This document shows, one piece after another, positions 54,242-64,000 of a stretch of 64,000 nt of DNA. The DNA lies in contig CAVQNT010000005.1 of NCBI GenBank assembly GCA_963714275.1, forward strand, positions 96,001-160,000, in the 5' to 3' direction. The DNA is from Candidatus Bathyarchaeota archaeon (lineage in GTDB: Archaea; Thermoproteota; Bathyarchaeia; Bathyarchaeales; DTEX01). The notes under the pieces are model-generated. The model worked only from the letters and a program-made list of their open reading frames with translations. It had not been told where the DNA came from and made no database searches. The first letter of the stretch is position 1, and each line of letters begins with the position of its first letter. The translations under genes and the position numbers were made by a program.

Positions 54242-55705
54242 CTATACTTTTGGACCGAATGGGCAGGAAGAATCAGGTTTCAACCAATCTCCGTTGGTTA
54301 CGTATGCCGTGTACCTGCAACCGCCACATAGTTCGCTGTATAGGCATTTGTTGCAGGAGCCTTTCAGCGCTTTCCGGTCTCTAATGTAATTGAGTAATTC
54401 ATTATTTATCCATATGTCACCCAATTTTTGGTCGAGAAGGTTGCCCAGTTTGATCGGGGCTGGAACGCATGGTAGCAAATCTCCGGAAGCGGAAAGCCCA
54501 GCGTAGGTTATGCCAGCGGAGCATCCGCCGAATCCTGATGCAAATTTTTTCACAATTTTTGGAATCTCAAGTCCAAACTTTTCCTGAAACATTTTTTCGT
54601 AGCCAGACAAAGCTTCACTTACTGTGAATAAACTTCCTTCTGACTGTTCATGGCAAACTCTGGCGTAATATGTCATTCCCCGAGCGTAACATTGTATCCC
54701 TGAGCCTTTGATTATGCTTGCACGGAATTTAGTGTAGAGTTTTTCTAACGCCTTAATCTTTTCATCAGGTGTTACGTCGAGATAGAGCGCGTCTACCCCT
54801 CGACCAGCAGGTATAAGGCGGTTAAGGTAGAACCTTGTTGCTCCAAGCTTTTCCGCTAAGGATATAGTGTCGTCCAGTTCGTTGATGTTTTTCGAGTGAA
54901 GGGTCATCGTTACGGCAAGTTCGTCGAAACCTACTTCTGCACAATTTTTTATCCCCTGAACGGTAGAGTTAAAACTGCCCTTATTGTTTCTCAGGAAATC
55001 GTGCGTTTCAGCGCTTGCTCCATCAAGACCTATTTCCACTCGTCTGATGCCGGCGGTTGACAGTTTTTCTGCAACCTCTTTGGTCATAAGTGTACCGTTG
55101 GAGGCGATTGTGCAAAGCATACCTCTATCGGTCGCCCGTTCGACGGCGTCGAATAAATCTCCGCGAAGTAAGGGTTCACCGCCAGAAAAAGTCAGAATCG
55201 CCACTCCTGCATTGCTCACGTTGTCTATTACTTCGAAAGCCTGATGAGTCGTCAATTCAGGATAAGTGGACATCGGGGAAGAATCCTGATGGCAGTGCAA
55301 ACAGTTCAGATTGCATCTGTTCGTGAAGTTCCACACAATAGTTATTGGCACCCCAGCCGACTGAGGAAACCTTACTCCAAAACTGGCAATCCCTTTTACC
55401 ACGCTAAGCATGCATCTGCGAATAAGCTGATCTTTCAGAAGCTGTTTTACGGTTTCTTCTTCAACTCCGAGATGAAGGAAAATGAGTCGAATTAAGGGAG
55501 TAAGAACTGCTGATTCCATCAAACAGCTTGGACAAATTGAACTTGGGCTAGACGAGTAGTTGTCGAAAATTGTGAGTAACCGTTCGTTTCCGCACCTTTC
55601 ACATTTGCTTGTTAAATGATGCGCAAGAGTTTTCCACATCGGATTAAAGGTTCGAGATAAATAATGACTGCCTTTATGAACTTTTGGAACTATGTGCCTA
55701 ACCAT
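54242..55705 (-). CDS. Radical SAM/SPASM protein with Cys-bearing N-terminal extension
   Basis: WNFTNRCNLNCLHC, FSGGEP, CSAG...GDLLPC, C..C.....CGGCR..A...DSSCP. Confidence 0.9.
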   Translation of the reverse strand: MVRHIVPKVHKGSHYLSRTFNPMWKTLAHHLTSKCERCGNERLLTIFDNYSSSPSSICPSCLMESAVLTPLIRLIFLHLGVEEETVKQLLKDQLIRRCMLSVVKGIASFGVRFPQSAGVPITIVWNFTNRCNLNCLHCHQDSSPMSTYPELTTHQAFEVIDNVSNAGVAILTFSGGEPLLRGDLFDAVERATDRGMLCTIASNGTLMTKEVAEKLSTAGIRRVEIGLDGASAETHDFLRNNKGSFNSTVQGIKNCAEVGFDELAVTMTLHSKNINELDDTISLAEKLGATRFYLNRLIPAGRGVDALYLDVTPDEKIKALEKLYTKFRASIIKGSGIQCYARGMTYYARVCHEQSEGSLFTVSEALSGYEKMFQEKFGLEIPKIVKKFASGFGGCSAGITYAGLSASGDLLPCVPAPIKLGNLLDQKLGDIWINNELLNYIRDRKALKGSCNKCLYSELCGGCRYTAYVTNGDWLKPDSSCPFGPKV

Positions 55706-56080
55706 TTTTTTCTCTTTTTATATGATAACATGCATTACTTAAACACAATTGCTTACATAAAATCAGTGAAAATAATTATAAAATGGGATTTTATTATTAA
55801 AAATTTATATATTCGAATAAAGCTAGCTAGATAGCTAATGGGATAAGCTTTTATATTCCTCTTTTCTGTTTCTCATTTTTCAGGGACGCGTACTTGGTAA
55901 ATAGAATAAGCCAAATCTACAAGTCGCTCAAAGGAGTGGAATTAAGAAATACCCTCAAGAGAATTATCGAACAACGCGTAAACCAGCTAAACCGGGGCAA
56001 TAGTCCTACTGCACGTGCTATACCCAAGCAAAAATGAAAAAAAGTCAATGAAAGATCTTGATTCAGATTGGTGTTTGTAA

Positions 56081-57530
56081 ATGAAGGCATACGATTTGAT
56101 AGTAATAGGGTCGGGTTCAGCTATGGAGATCGTGAACGCTATGTTTCAAGAAAACCAGAGCATGAAAGTTGCGATCATAGACAAGGATGAGCCTGGTGGC
56201 ATCTGCTTAACCCGAGGGTGCATTCCCTCAAAAATCTTGCTATACCCAGCAGAGCTCGTGAGGACGATAGATAGAGCTGGCGAATTCGGTATAGACGTTA
56301 TTGTGAAGAAAATAGATTTTGCAAAAGTCATGGAGAGAATGAGAAACCTCATCAACAAGGACATAAACGCTATACGACAAGGGCTTTCTCACTCCGAAAA
56401 CATAGATTATTACCCAACCGTAGCTGAATTTACCGCTCCATACACGCTTAAAGTTGGCGGCAACAACATAACGTCAAAGATGATAATTCTCTGCACAGGA
56501 TCAAGACCAGTTGTCCCTCCAATAAAAGGCCTTCAAAATGTAGGTTACTTGACCAGCGACACAATCCTCAAATTGGATCGCTTGCCTGAAACCACGACCA
56601 TTATTGGCGGAGGATACGTAGACTGCTGAATACGGGCATTTTCTTTCAGCTATGGGGTCAAAAGTAACCATAATCGGCAGAAACCCGCAGTTCCTACAAG
56701 ATGAAGAACCCGAAATATCAGCGCTGGCAAAGCGGGAATTGCAGAAGCGTATGACAATTATTACCAACCACGAAGTTCGCAGCGCAGAAAGAACGTTGAC
56801 GGGAAAAAAGAAGCTGATTGCTGTGAACAGCGAGAATCAAAAAGAAGTTGAGATTGTGGGGGACGAGATACTGGTTGCCTCAGGAAGAGAACCGAACATA
56901 GACATACTTCACCCAGAAAGATCTGGCATAAAAACAGATGAAAGAGGATATATTATCGTTAATGAGTATGCAGAGACCTCGCAGCCAAATATTTGGGCTT
57001 TAGGTGATGCAGATGGCAAATTTCCATTCAAGCATGTGGCAAATTACGAAGCCCAAATCGTATATTACAATGCTGTCCTTAAAAGGAAGGAAAAAACTGA
57101 TTATCACGCAATACCCCATGCTGTTTTTACAGATCCTGAGATTGCAGGCGTCGGACTAAAGGAGAAACAAGCAATACAGGAATACGGGAAAGACAATGTG
57201 TTAATAGGGTTCCAAAGATTTCAGGATACTGCAAAAGGAGAGGCAATGGGCGTCAAGGACTATTTTGTAAAGGTTGTTGTCGAGAGAGAAAACATGAAGA
57301 TTTTGGGTGCTCACATTATTGGGCCCGAAGCCTCAGTCCTTATACAGGAAATAATAAACCTAATGTATACTCCTGATCAAAGCGCAGAGACAATAATAAA
57401 CGCGATGCATATCCACCCTGCTCTAAGCGAGGTAGTACAAAGAGCATTTTTCTCCCTAATGCCTCCAGAACACTACCATCATTCTATTGAAGAAGTTAGC
57501 TCACTACATATTTGTTTGGATTCTTATTGA
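56081..57530 (+). CDS. Pyridine nucleotide-disulfide oxidoreductase (dihydrolipoamide dehydrogenase/mycothione reductase-like); frameshift near 56620
   Basis: IGSGS, GGICLTRGCIPSK, IGGG, ALGD, P.AVFTDPEIA, HIHPALSE. Confidence 0.88.
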
Positions 57531-57642
57531 AGGTTGCCATGCAGTTGGATGAGCAGAAATAGTAGGTTTTGCCCATTTGTTTACTTGTGAATTTTGCTGT
57601 TTTCTCGTTTACAGTCATACCGCAAACTGGATCTTTCGCCAT
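57496..57642 (-). CDS. YHS/TRASH-domain metal-binding protein
   Basis: MAKDPVCGM...TYYFCSSNC...F..NP.KY. Confidence 0.85.
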   Translation of the reverse strand: MAKDPVCGMTVNEKTAKFTSKQMGKTYYFCSSNCMATFNKNPNKYVVS

Positions 57643-57779
57643 ATTTATCTCACCTCTTTCTAGCTTTTCTAAACGAATCCTGGAAATGGAACACATAGCC
57701 ACAGACATTCTGGATAGAACTGGTCGGAACTGTCGGGTATAACATTACTGAGCCGCTGGCTCCGGGAATTAGTGGGTTG

Positions 57780-58079
57780 CTATAACCTGTCTTCATACTT
57801 CTCTTCCACAATCATATAGCTTCTGTATCCTGTTTTGTCTATCTCCTTCCTTATTGTTGTTGAATCAATCAGTTTTGGATTGTAGTCTATGAAGACCTTG
57901 TCCAACATAATTGCTGCATTGACGTCGTCAACCCCTTTCAGCTTTTTGACACGTTTTTCAATCGCGGAGGCACATGTAACGCAACTCATTCCTCTAACCG
58001 ACACTGTGATCCTGTTTTTTTCCATCTTTTCGATGTTTTTTATTTTTTCCTTTTGCGAATCTTGTCTATTATCTTCCAC
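57780..58079 (-). CDS. HMA-domain copper chaperone (CopZ-like)
   Basis: GMSCVTCA. Confidence 0.88.
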   Translation of the reverse strand: MEDNRQDSQKEKIKNIEKMEKNRITVSVRGMSCVTCASAIEKRVKKLKGVDDVNAAIMLDKVFIDYNPKLIDSTTIRKEIDKTGYRSYMIVEEKYEDRL

Positions 58080-58098
58080 GTTTTCAACACCTTTTCTT

Positions 58099-60183
58099 TC
58101 AGAAAGTGGGTTTAAACCTCTCTAATAGAAGGGAATTACCAACAACCGTAACGGAACTGAAAGCCATCGCCCCCGCGGCGAGGAAAGGAAGCACATTGTA
58201 TATCTGAACCCCAAAGAATGGAACTAGTGCTCCTGCGGCGATAGGAATAAGGACTGTATTGTAGCCAAAAGCCCAAAAAAGATTCTGTTTGATTTTGCTC
58301 ACTGTGCTTTTGCTCAGCTTTAGGGCTGTGACAACATCTCTTAAGTCTTCTTTGATTAGCACGATTCCACCAGTTTCCTTGGCCACATCGGTCCCGCTGC
58401 CTATCGCAATACCGACATTGGCCCGGGCTAAGGCTGGTGCGTCATTGATACCATCACCAACCATAGCCACAATTTTTCCCTCTTTTTGAAGGCCTTCGAT
58501 TATGGCTTCTTTTTGCTGAGGCAGAACTTCGGCAAAAATCTTTTCTATGCCCAGTCTTCTGGCTATTGCCTTGGCTGTTCGCTCATTGTCTCCTGTGAGC
58601 ATTATCACTTCTAAGCCCATACGCTTCAACTCTACTATTGTCTCTGTGGCGTATTCCTTCAAAGTATCAGCAGAGCAAATCACACCTGCCAATGTGCCTT
58701 TGACTGAAAGGAACATGACCGTTTTTCCATCTTCCTCGAATTCCTTCACTCTTTCTTCTAGCTTCGAAAGATCTACTGCCATCTCAGTCATTAGCGTTCT
58801 ACTTCCCAGAAAGATTTCGGTATCTCGAATCTTTGCTTTCACACCTTTTCCGGGGATAGCTTCAAATCCTAGTGGATCTAGAAGTTTGAGGGAACGCGAA
58901 AATGCTTCCTTCTCGATCGCCTCAGCCAAAGGGTGTTCAGAGCCCTTTTCAACCGATGCTGCAAACATGATAACCGTATCCGCATCGTATTTGCCATATG
59001 CTATCACGTCTATGACAGAGGGTCTTCCCAGGGTTAATGTGCCTGTCTTGTCGAATAATATAGATGTGACCTTTTGGGCTGTTTCCAAGTTCTCTCCGCC
59101 TTTGATCAGTATGCCGTTTTGGGCACCTTTGCTTGTGCCCACTAAAAGGGCAGCAGGAGTCGCTATTCCGAGAGCACAGGGACAAGCTATTACCGTCACT
59201 GAAACAAAGATGAGAAGGGAAAATTGCAGACCTATCCCACCGACGAAATACCACAGAAGAGCTGACCCCATAGCGATCAAGATTACAGAGGGAACAAAGT
59301 AGGCTGCCACTCGGTCGGCGAGATTCTGGATTGGTGCTCTTCCAATCTGGGCCTCCTCAACGAGTTTAACTATCTGAGCCAGCGTGGTGTCTTGACCCAC
59401 CTTTGTTGCCCTAACCTTTAGCATACCAGTTCTGTTTATTGTGGCTCCTACAACCTCATTGCCGGGATTCTTTTCCACAGGGATGCTTTCACCCGTGATC
59501 ATGGACTGGTCCACAGAGGAATGTCCTTCTACCACGGCACCGTCTACAGGAACTTTTTCCCCAGGCCTAACGATGAAGATGTCACCAACCTGTATTTGTT
59601 CAATTGGAATTTTAATTTCTTGTTCACCTCTTAATATGTGTGCAAGCCTGGGTTGAAGATCCATTAACCTTCTCACAGCTTCAGATGCCCTACCTTTGCT
59701 TACATGTTCAAGAAATCTTCCTGTTAACACTAAGGTGACAATCACTGCTGCTGTATCGAAGTAGACTCCACTAAAGGCGAAAGAAGACGGAAAAAAGGTC
59801 ACAAAAGCACTGTATATCCATGCGGCACTGGTACCCAATACTATAAGGCTGTCCATGTTTCCCATCCTATTCCGGATGGCATCATAGGTTCCTCTATAGA
59901 ATCGCCATCCAAAAATGAATTGAATGGGCGTGTCAAGAGCTAGGAGAATATAGTTATTAATAGTCATTGGCAGAAAAATAACATACGTTAATATTAGGAT
60001 AGGAACAGTCAAGATAGCCCCAATGACAACAGAGATTTCCAAAAGTCTAATTTCAACTTCCGGAGCCAAAAACTGTTTCATACAGGTTTGGCTGCAAAAA
60101 TAGTAGTTGGTTCCCCTAATAGTTACCTTAAATTCGGCAGTCTTTTCATCCACATACATTCCACAGACAGGATCCTTGGCCAT
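58099..60183 (-). CDS. copA: Cu(I)-exporting P1B ATPase with N-terminal YHS domain
   Basis: DPVCGM...[35 protein letters not shown]...IP, MAFSS. Confidence 0.95.
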   Translation of the reverse strand: MAKDPVCGMYVDEKTAEFKVTIRGTNYYFCSQTCMKQFLAPEVEIRLLEISVVIGAILTVPILILTYVIFLPMTINNYILLALDTPIQFIFGWRFYRGTYDAIRNRMGNMDSLIVLGTSAAWIYSAFVTFFPSSFAFSGVYFDTAAVIVTLVLTGRFLEHVSKGRASEAVRRLMDLQPRLAHILRGEQEIKIPIEQIQVGDIFIVRPGEKVPVDGAVVEGHSSVDQSMITGESIPVEKNPGNEVVGATINRTGMLKVRATKVGQDTTLAQIVKLVEEAQIGRAPIQNLADRVAAYFVPSVILIAMGSALLWYFVGGIGLQFSLLIFVSVTVIACPCALGIATPAALLVGTSKGAQNGILIKGGENLETAQKVTSILFDKTGTLTLGRPSVIDVIAYGKYDADTVIMFAASVEKGSEHPLAEAIEKEAFSRSLKLLDPLGFEAIPGKGVKAKIRDTEIFLGSRTLMTEMAVDLSKLEERVKEFEEDGKTVMFLSVKGTLAGVICSADTLKEYATETIVELKRMGLEVIMLTGDNERTAKAIARRLGIEKIFAEVLPQQKEAIIEGLQKEGKIVAMVGDGINDAPALARANVGIAIGSGTDVAKETGGIVLIKEDLRDVVTALKLSKSTVSKIKQNLFWAFGYNTVLIPIAAGALVPFFGVQIYNVLPFLAAGAMAFSSVTVVGNSLLLERFKPTF

Positions 60184-60609
60184 AGGTTCTCATCACAAAC
60201 TTTCATTAATGAATTTGAATATATAAAATCAAAGCTCTGCATCTAGATGCAAATATACTTTTTTATTTTCTAATTGAATAAATCAGGAAAAAATTTTGCA
60301 GCCTAAATTTACTCACTTGGTTCAGTAGCCATCCCTTTATTTGAACATCGGGCTAGCTTAGCTGCTAGCTATTTTAAAACATGATATTTTCATACCAATA
60401 ATTGGAGTAGTCGTAAAGCCAACTTTATGAATTCCCAAGGTATAAGCGGAAAATCTAGTTAAATTCTAAACAGTCTAAACGAGGCTGACTAGTTGACTAG
60501 TCAACGGAGTACAGAACAGACCATAATGGAAAAACGTATTATTTCTGTTCATCTGGATGCAGAGAAACCTTCGAATCTAACCCTCGGAAATACGAAAAAA
60601 AGTAGCTAT

Positions 60610-60922
60610 CTATCCTCCATGGATTACGGGAATAAACACGATTTCATCCTTGTCTTTGAGACTTAGTTTCTAATCTTTTCAGTAATCCGATTTCGACACC
60701 ATTCACAAGTATGACGGCGTTAGAAAGGGGATTGTCAAGTTCAGGATCAATTAATACTCGTCTAAGATTTGGTGATGCTTCACATAATTTTTTGACCACG
60801 GTCTCAAGATTATCTTTTCTACGAATTTCGATTAAGGCTTGACCGTTACCGTAAGCCTTTTTGAAAATACCGAGAAATTTAAATGTCACCTTTTCAAAAT
60901 CTTTGGGGTTTTTTGTAGACAT
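60610..60922 (-). CDS. MoaD/ThiS/SAMP ubiquitin-like protein; frameshift near 60655
   Basis: ILVNG.EI..L; the shifted frame ends EIVFIPVIHGG*. Confidence 0.85.
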
Positions 60923-61054
60923 TATTCTTCAACATTTTCTTCAATAAAGAGCTGTATTAAACTTTAGCTTTTTTTCTCCTTCTTTGGCTTGCAGCGTTCC
61001 TAAAACTTTTAGAAGCCTTTTATGTGTTTCTTCAGTGACTTTAACTATCTTCAT
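60922..61054 (-). CDS. Small RHH/antitoxin-like DNA-binding protein; probable frameshift
   Basis: MKIVKVTEETHKRLLKVLGTLQAKEG...; GAGGTG SD upstream. Confidence 0.5.
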
Positions 61055-61217
61055 GACTCTCTCACACCTCAGATATCCAGCTCCCACTATTATAATTTAT
61101 TTTAATATTCAGGATTATAGCGAATAGGGTTGTCAATTCAGTTTCTTCCACTAACTAGATAAAGGCATCATAGTCTAAAGATTCCAGAGTAAGGCTAGCT
61201 CAGCTCTTAGGTATGCT

Positions 61218-61996
61218 TTAGTTTTTCCCGATTCCTCTTTTTCCGAGGATTATTATGGGATATTTGGTGATTTGTATTCCTTTGCTGGTGAGATATCGCC
61301 TTTTCAGCTCTTTCAGTAGGGAAAGGTCTTTCTCTTTTTTGAACCCTTTTACTATTGGATCGAACTCCATTTGTTTTATGAGCTGGTCGAGTGTATAGTA
61401 ATCTCTGATGATGAAATCCTTTTCTTGTACACTAGTCAGTCCGTGTGATTCAAACCATTCTAAACGTTTCCATGACGTCTTGTATGCTCTGAGACTGTGC
61501 CAAATCGAGCTGATAAGCACGGTCTCCAAATACATCCTCTATCTCTAGCCAGCGATCGTAGAGCCCCGACATTTGTAGAATGTACCAGCCTCCCGGCTTC
61601 AATACTCTCAACGCCTCGTCAATGCTGCAGGGCGTAAGTTTTGACATTACCACCTGAAAAGATTCGTCTTTGAAAGGTAGATTATGTGCATCTCCCCTAA
61701 TGGCAACGATGCTGTGAAGGCTGGCTGTGTTGTTCTTGGCTATTCTAACCATGCATTCTGATAAGTCCATAGCGACAACCTCGATAAGCTTTCTTAGTCT
61801 TCTGGGCGATCCGAAAAGAAATGTGTCCTGTACCGGTGCCGATGTCAAGGATTCTAGACCCATCAGAGCATCTTTGCAGCACATCATCCTCATATACCTT
61901 GTCAACATCGACCCCCTCTCGTTCAATTGTTGGTTCTTCTTCTTTTTCAAACCTGTCCTTAGCGAGAGCTCTACCTTGCGAATATGCCAGATCCAT
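61218..61996 (-). CDS. Class I SAM-dependent methyltransferase; two frameshifts
   Basis: ILDIGTGTG, DLS..MV..A, GDAHNLPF.DESF, RVLKPGG. Confidence 0.82.
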
Positions 61997-62238
61997 AACA
62001 TATAGATGGTTCTTACATTTTAAATACTTAGAACGATGAAATGCGTAGTATCTAAAGACCGCGGAAAAAGCTTAATTATTTATAAGGGTTAGTGTGCCGA
62101 TAATGGTGAATATCGGAATAGAAATAGTTCCAAACTATTCTTTTGGGTTCTCATAATCCTCATTATCAGTAGAGATTAGCCTTGAGGTTACTGAACTTCT
62201 CTTAGCCAGTGTGGAATCTCTCAGTATAGGTGTCGATG

Positions 62239-62526
62239 CTACAGAGTTAATTCTTTGAAGTCGTTCCACGTTATCGGTTCTTTTTTGTGTTTCTTTGTTT
62301 TGTAAAGTCTGTTAAAAAAGGGAACAAATTTCCGTGTCCATAAACTGCGACTAAATGTCTTTACTGAATCCTTCGCCGTTTTCACGTCTCTTTCTCTTAC
62401 CCAAAGTCTATAGAAAGCACTACAGTATTTCATTCTCTTTTCCGGCGGTTCTATCCAAGGGCAATAGACGAATTCTTCTTTATTGCGTCTTTTTCCCTCA
62501 AATATGATATCATAATCGGCCTTCAT
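62239..62526 (-). CDS. Hypothetical protein
   Basis: 95-aa ORF with GGAG upstream; no family recognised. Confidence 0.5.
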   Translation of the reverse strand: MKADYDIIFEGKRRNKEEFVYCPWIEPPEKRMKYCSAFYRLWVRERDVKTAKDSVKTFSRSLWTRKFVPFFNRLYKTKKHKKEPITWNDFKELTL

Positions 62527-62700
62527 TCAAACAACTCCGTTTTTGCTTAAAGCAAACTAATCAAGCCTTCCCTATATTTCTTCTTAAAAGTTAGACGATG
62601 CAACATGGCGCCCAACTCATTGATACGGATAATCACGGTTAACAGAAGTTCCACTAAATGATTGTGGTTGCTATGAAAAAAAAGAGGGAGAGATGATCTT

Positions 62701-62826
62701 CTATTTCTTTGTGTACTGCCGGAACTTCTTACCACAGCATTCGTAGAGCTTAACGTGGACTTTAGGGCTTAAGTCCCATTCCTTTACGGGTTTATTTACT
62801 TCTTTTCCGCATTCTGGACATTTCAT
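62701..62826 (-). CDS. 41-aa Cren7-like Zn-ribbon protein (not in ORF track)
   Basis: MKCPECGKEVNKPVKEWDLSPKVHVKLYECCGKKFRQYTKK with GGAGG SD upstream. Confidence 0.7.
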   Translation of the reverse strand: MKCPECGKEVNKPVKEWDLSPKVHVKLYECCGKKFRQYTKK

Positions 62827-62831
62827 TTACA

Positions 62832-63089
62832 TCAGACCTCCATATGGCATGAATTCTGTCTTTCATGTTCATATATTTTTGCTCTAGCTAGCTGAGAGAG
62901 GTCGATTATAGGCTCGAATTCGTTTGTTATAAACGTGGATACAGCATGGTGCTGACCAGAGTCAACAGCATGGAAACCGATGTTGTCCAAACACTCCTTA
63001 CTTCCGGGGTTCTCAATATGCCACAAATGGCCGCCATGATCATCCACACCAGCGATAAGAATCCAAAGCTGATAGTTGTACCGCTGCAT
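62832..63089 (-). pseudogene. Fragment of a proteasome-subunit-like Ntn-fold protein
   Basis: LIAGVDDHGGHLW.I.NPG......GFHAVDSG...A matches the central strands and A(I)GSG region. No intact N-terminus. Confidence 0.6.
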
Positions 63090-63272
63090 GCTCCTCTTCT
63101 ATAATGACTGTTTACTTTTTTCCTCGACTGCCTAGACTCAAAAATGTTTAGCCTTGCTTGCTCTCTTGCTATTCTCTTTTGTGAATTCTGGTGTGTCCTT
63201 CTTAATTTTTCTTCGTAACCTTTAAGTATGGTTCTTTTTGAAGCTGATCTAGTGACTAATGGGTTGGGAAGA

Positions 63273-63407
63273 TTGTCAGATGATGAAGAGAGTTCTCCTG
63301 GTTATGCTTACTTAGATTTGCTGGTTACTGCTCTCACAGAGCATGAGAAGAACTTGAATGAGCTCATCGAGAGGTTGGACAGGGTTACTGAGAAATTGCT
63401 GAGCTAA
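63273..63407 (+). CDS. Small coiled-coil hypothetical protein (not in ORF track)
   Basis: (M)SDDEESSPGYAYLDLLVTALTEHEKNLNELIERLDRVTEKLLS from TTG. Confidence 0.45.
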   Translation: MSDDEESSPGYAYLDLLVTALTEHEKNLNELIERLDRVTEKLLS

Positions 63408-63648
63408 TCACTGCTGAATCAACAGAACCAACAGAACCAAGCGTAGAGAAAGAGACTAGTTCAGATGAAGAAAACGAAGAAACTCTTATACGAACAGCTC
63501 GAGACATACTGCAAGGTGAGTGATTAATTAACCTGTAGCTTAATTGCTATTAAAAGAATTTTTTATAACACGATCATTAAAAGGTAGTCGTTCTTGGGAC
63601 TCAGTTGGTATTTGCGTTCTGACAGGCCGTTAGAATATTTCTGGGAAG

Positions 63649-64000
63649 TTACGTAAAATATTTCCGTAGATTCAGGATTTGCTTGATCTGTTCATCGATT
63701 TTGGAGATTTCATCTTGGCTTTCTAGTATGATCTTTTGTAGCTTCTCTTTATTCCGGTCAAGTTTGGGGATCATGTTGCCTAATTCCCCAACTTTGGCTT
63801 GTTTATCAAGTATTTCCTTTTCCAGTAGTTCCTTTTCTTCTTGTTTACTCTTGATGCCTTTTGTGAAGTCTTCCTTTTTCTCTTGTAGCTTGAGTATAAG
63901 ATCGCTGATTTCTGTCAGTTTCTGTTGTTTATCGTTAACGTCCTTTACCAATTGTTCCTTTCTCTCGTTGAGCTTCAGAGCAAGTCCCGATACCGTCTCT
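63649..64000 (-). CDS. 3' end of a coiled-coil protein entering from beyond the window
   Basis: Heptad-rich K/E/Q/L sequence; the frame stays open to the window edge. Confidence 0.65.
   Translation of the reverse strand, partial: ETVSGLALKLNERKEQLVKDVNDKQQKLTEISDLILKLQEKKEDFTKGIKSKQEEKELLEKEILDKQAKVGELGNMIPKLDRNKEKLQKIILESQDEISKIDEQIKQILNLRKYFT

Noticed and set aside
55894-56038. Short ORF (VNRISQIYKSLK...) as a precursor peptide for the SPASM enzyme
   Set aside because: It is divergent from the enzyme gene, has no RiPP-like features and its coding status is unsupported.

Overview
Archaeal chromosomal window, most consistent with a TACK archaeon such as Bathyarchaeia. The lineage is inferred from PurP x2, Rpo5, eS25, Sm/Lsm, deoxyhypusine synthase, tetraether synthase, thiolase-DUF35 and four tRNAs (three with BHB-type introns). 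Many genes are split by single-base indels, which look like long-read consensus errors rather than true pseudogenes. Housekeeping blocks are purine synthesis/salvage, CoA salvage, LipS1/LipS2 around dhs, an ECF module and tes-rps25e. They alternate with accessory blocks: tandem secreted-protein paralogs, a sugar/polyol cluster, a copper cluster and a degraded right end. The most notable feature is a ~4.68 kb integrated element (15909-20592) with two different tyrosine recombinases and small Zn-finger, basic and membrane ORFs. It sits inside a YdjC/ChbG-family gene, between a duplicated (G)TCAGGA core with inverted arms, so precise excision would rejoin the two halves in frame. Other observations: a two-intron initiator tRNA, a two-domain RPB5-like Rpo5, an unannotated Cren7-like small ORF, a candidate multi-branch structured RNA at 24.7-24.9 kb, and a dispersed AGCTAGCT-type motif at accessory-module boundaries. 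All calls come from reading the sequence and recognising motifs; no searches were run.
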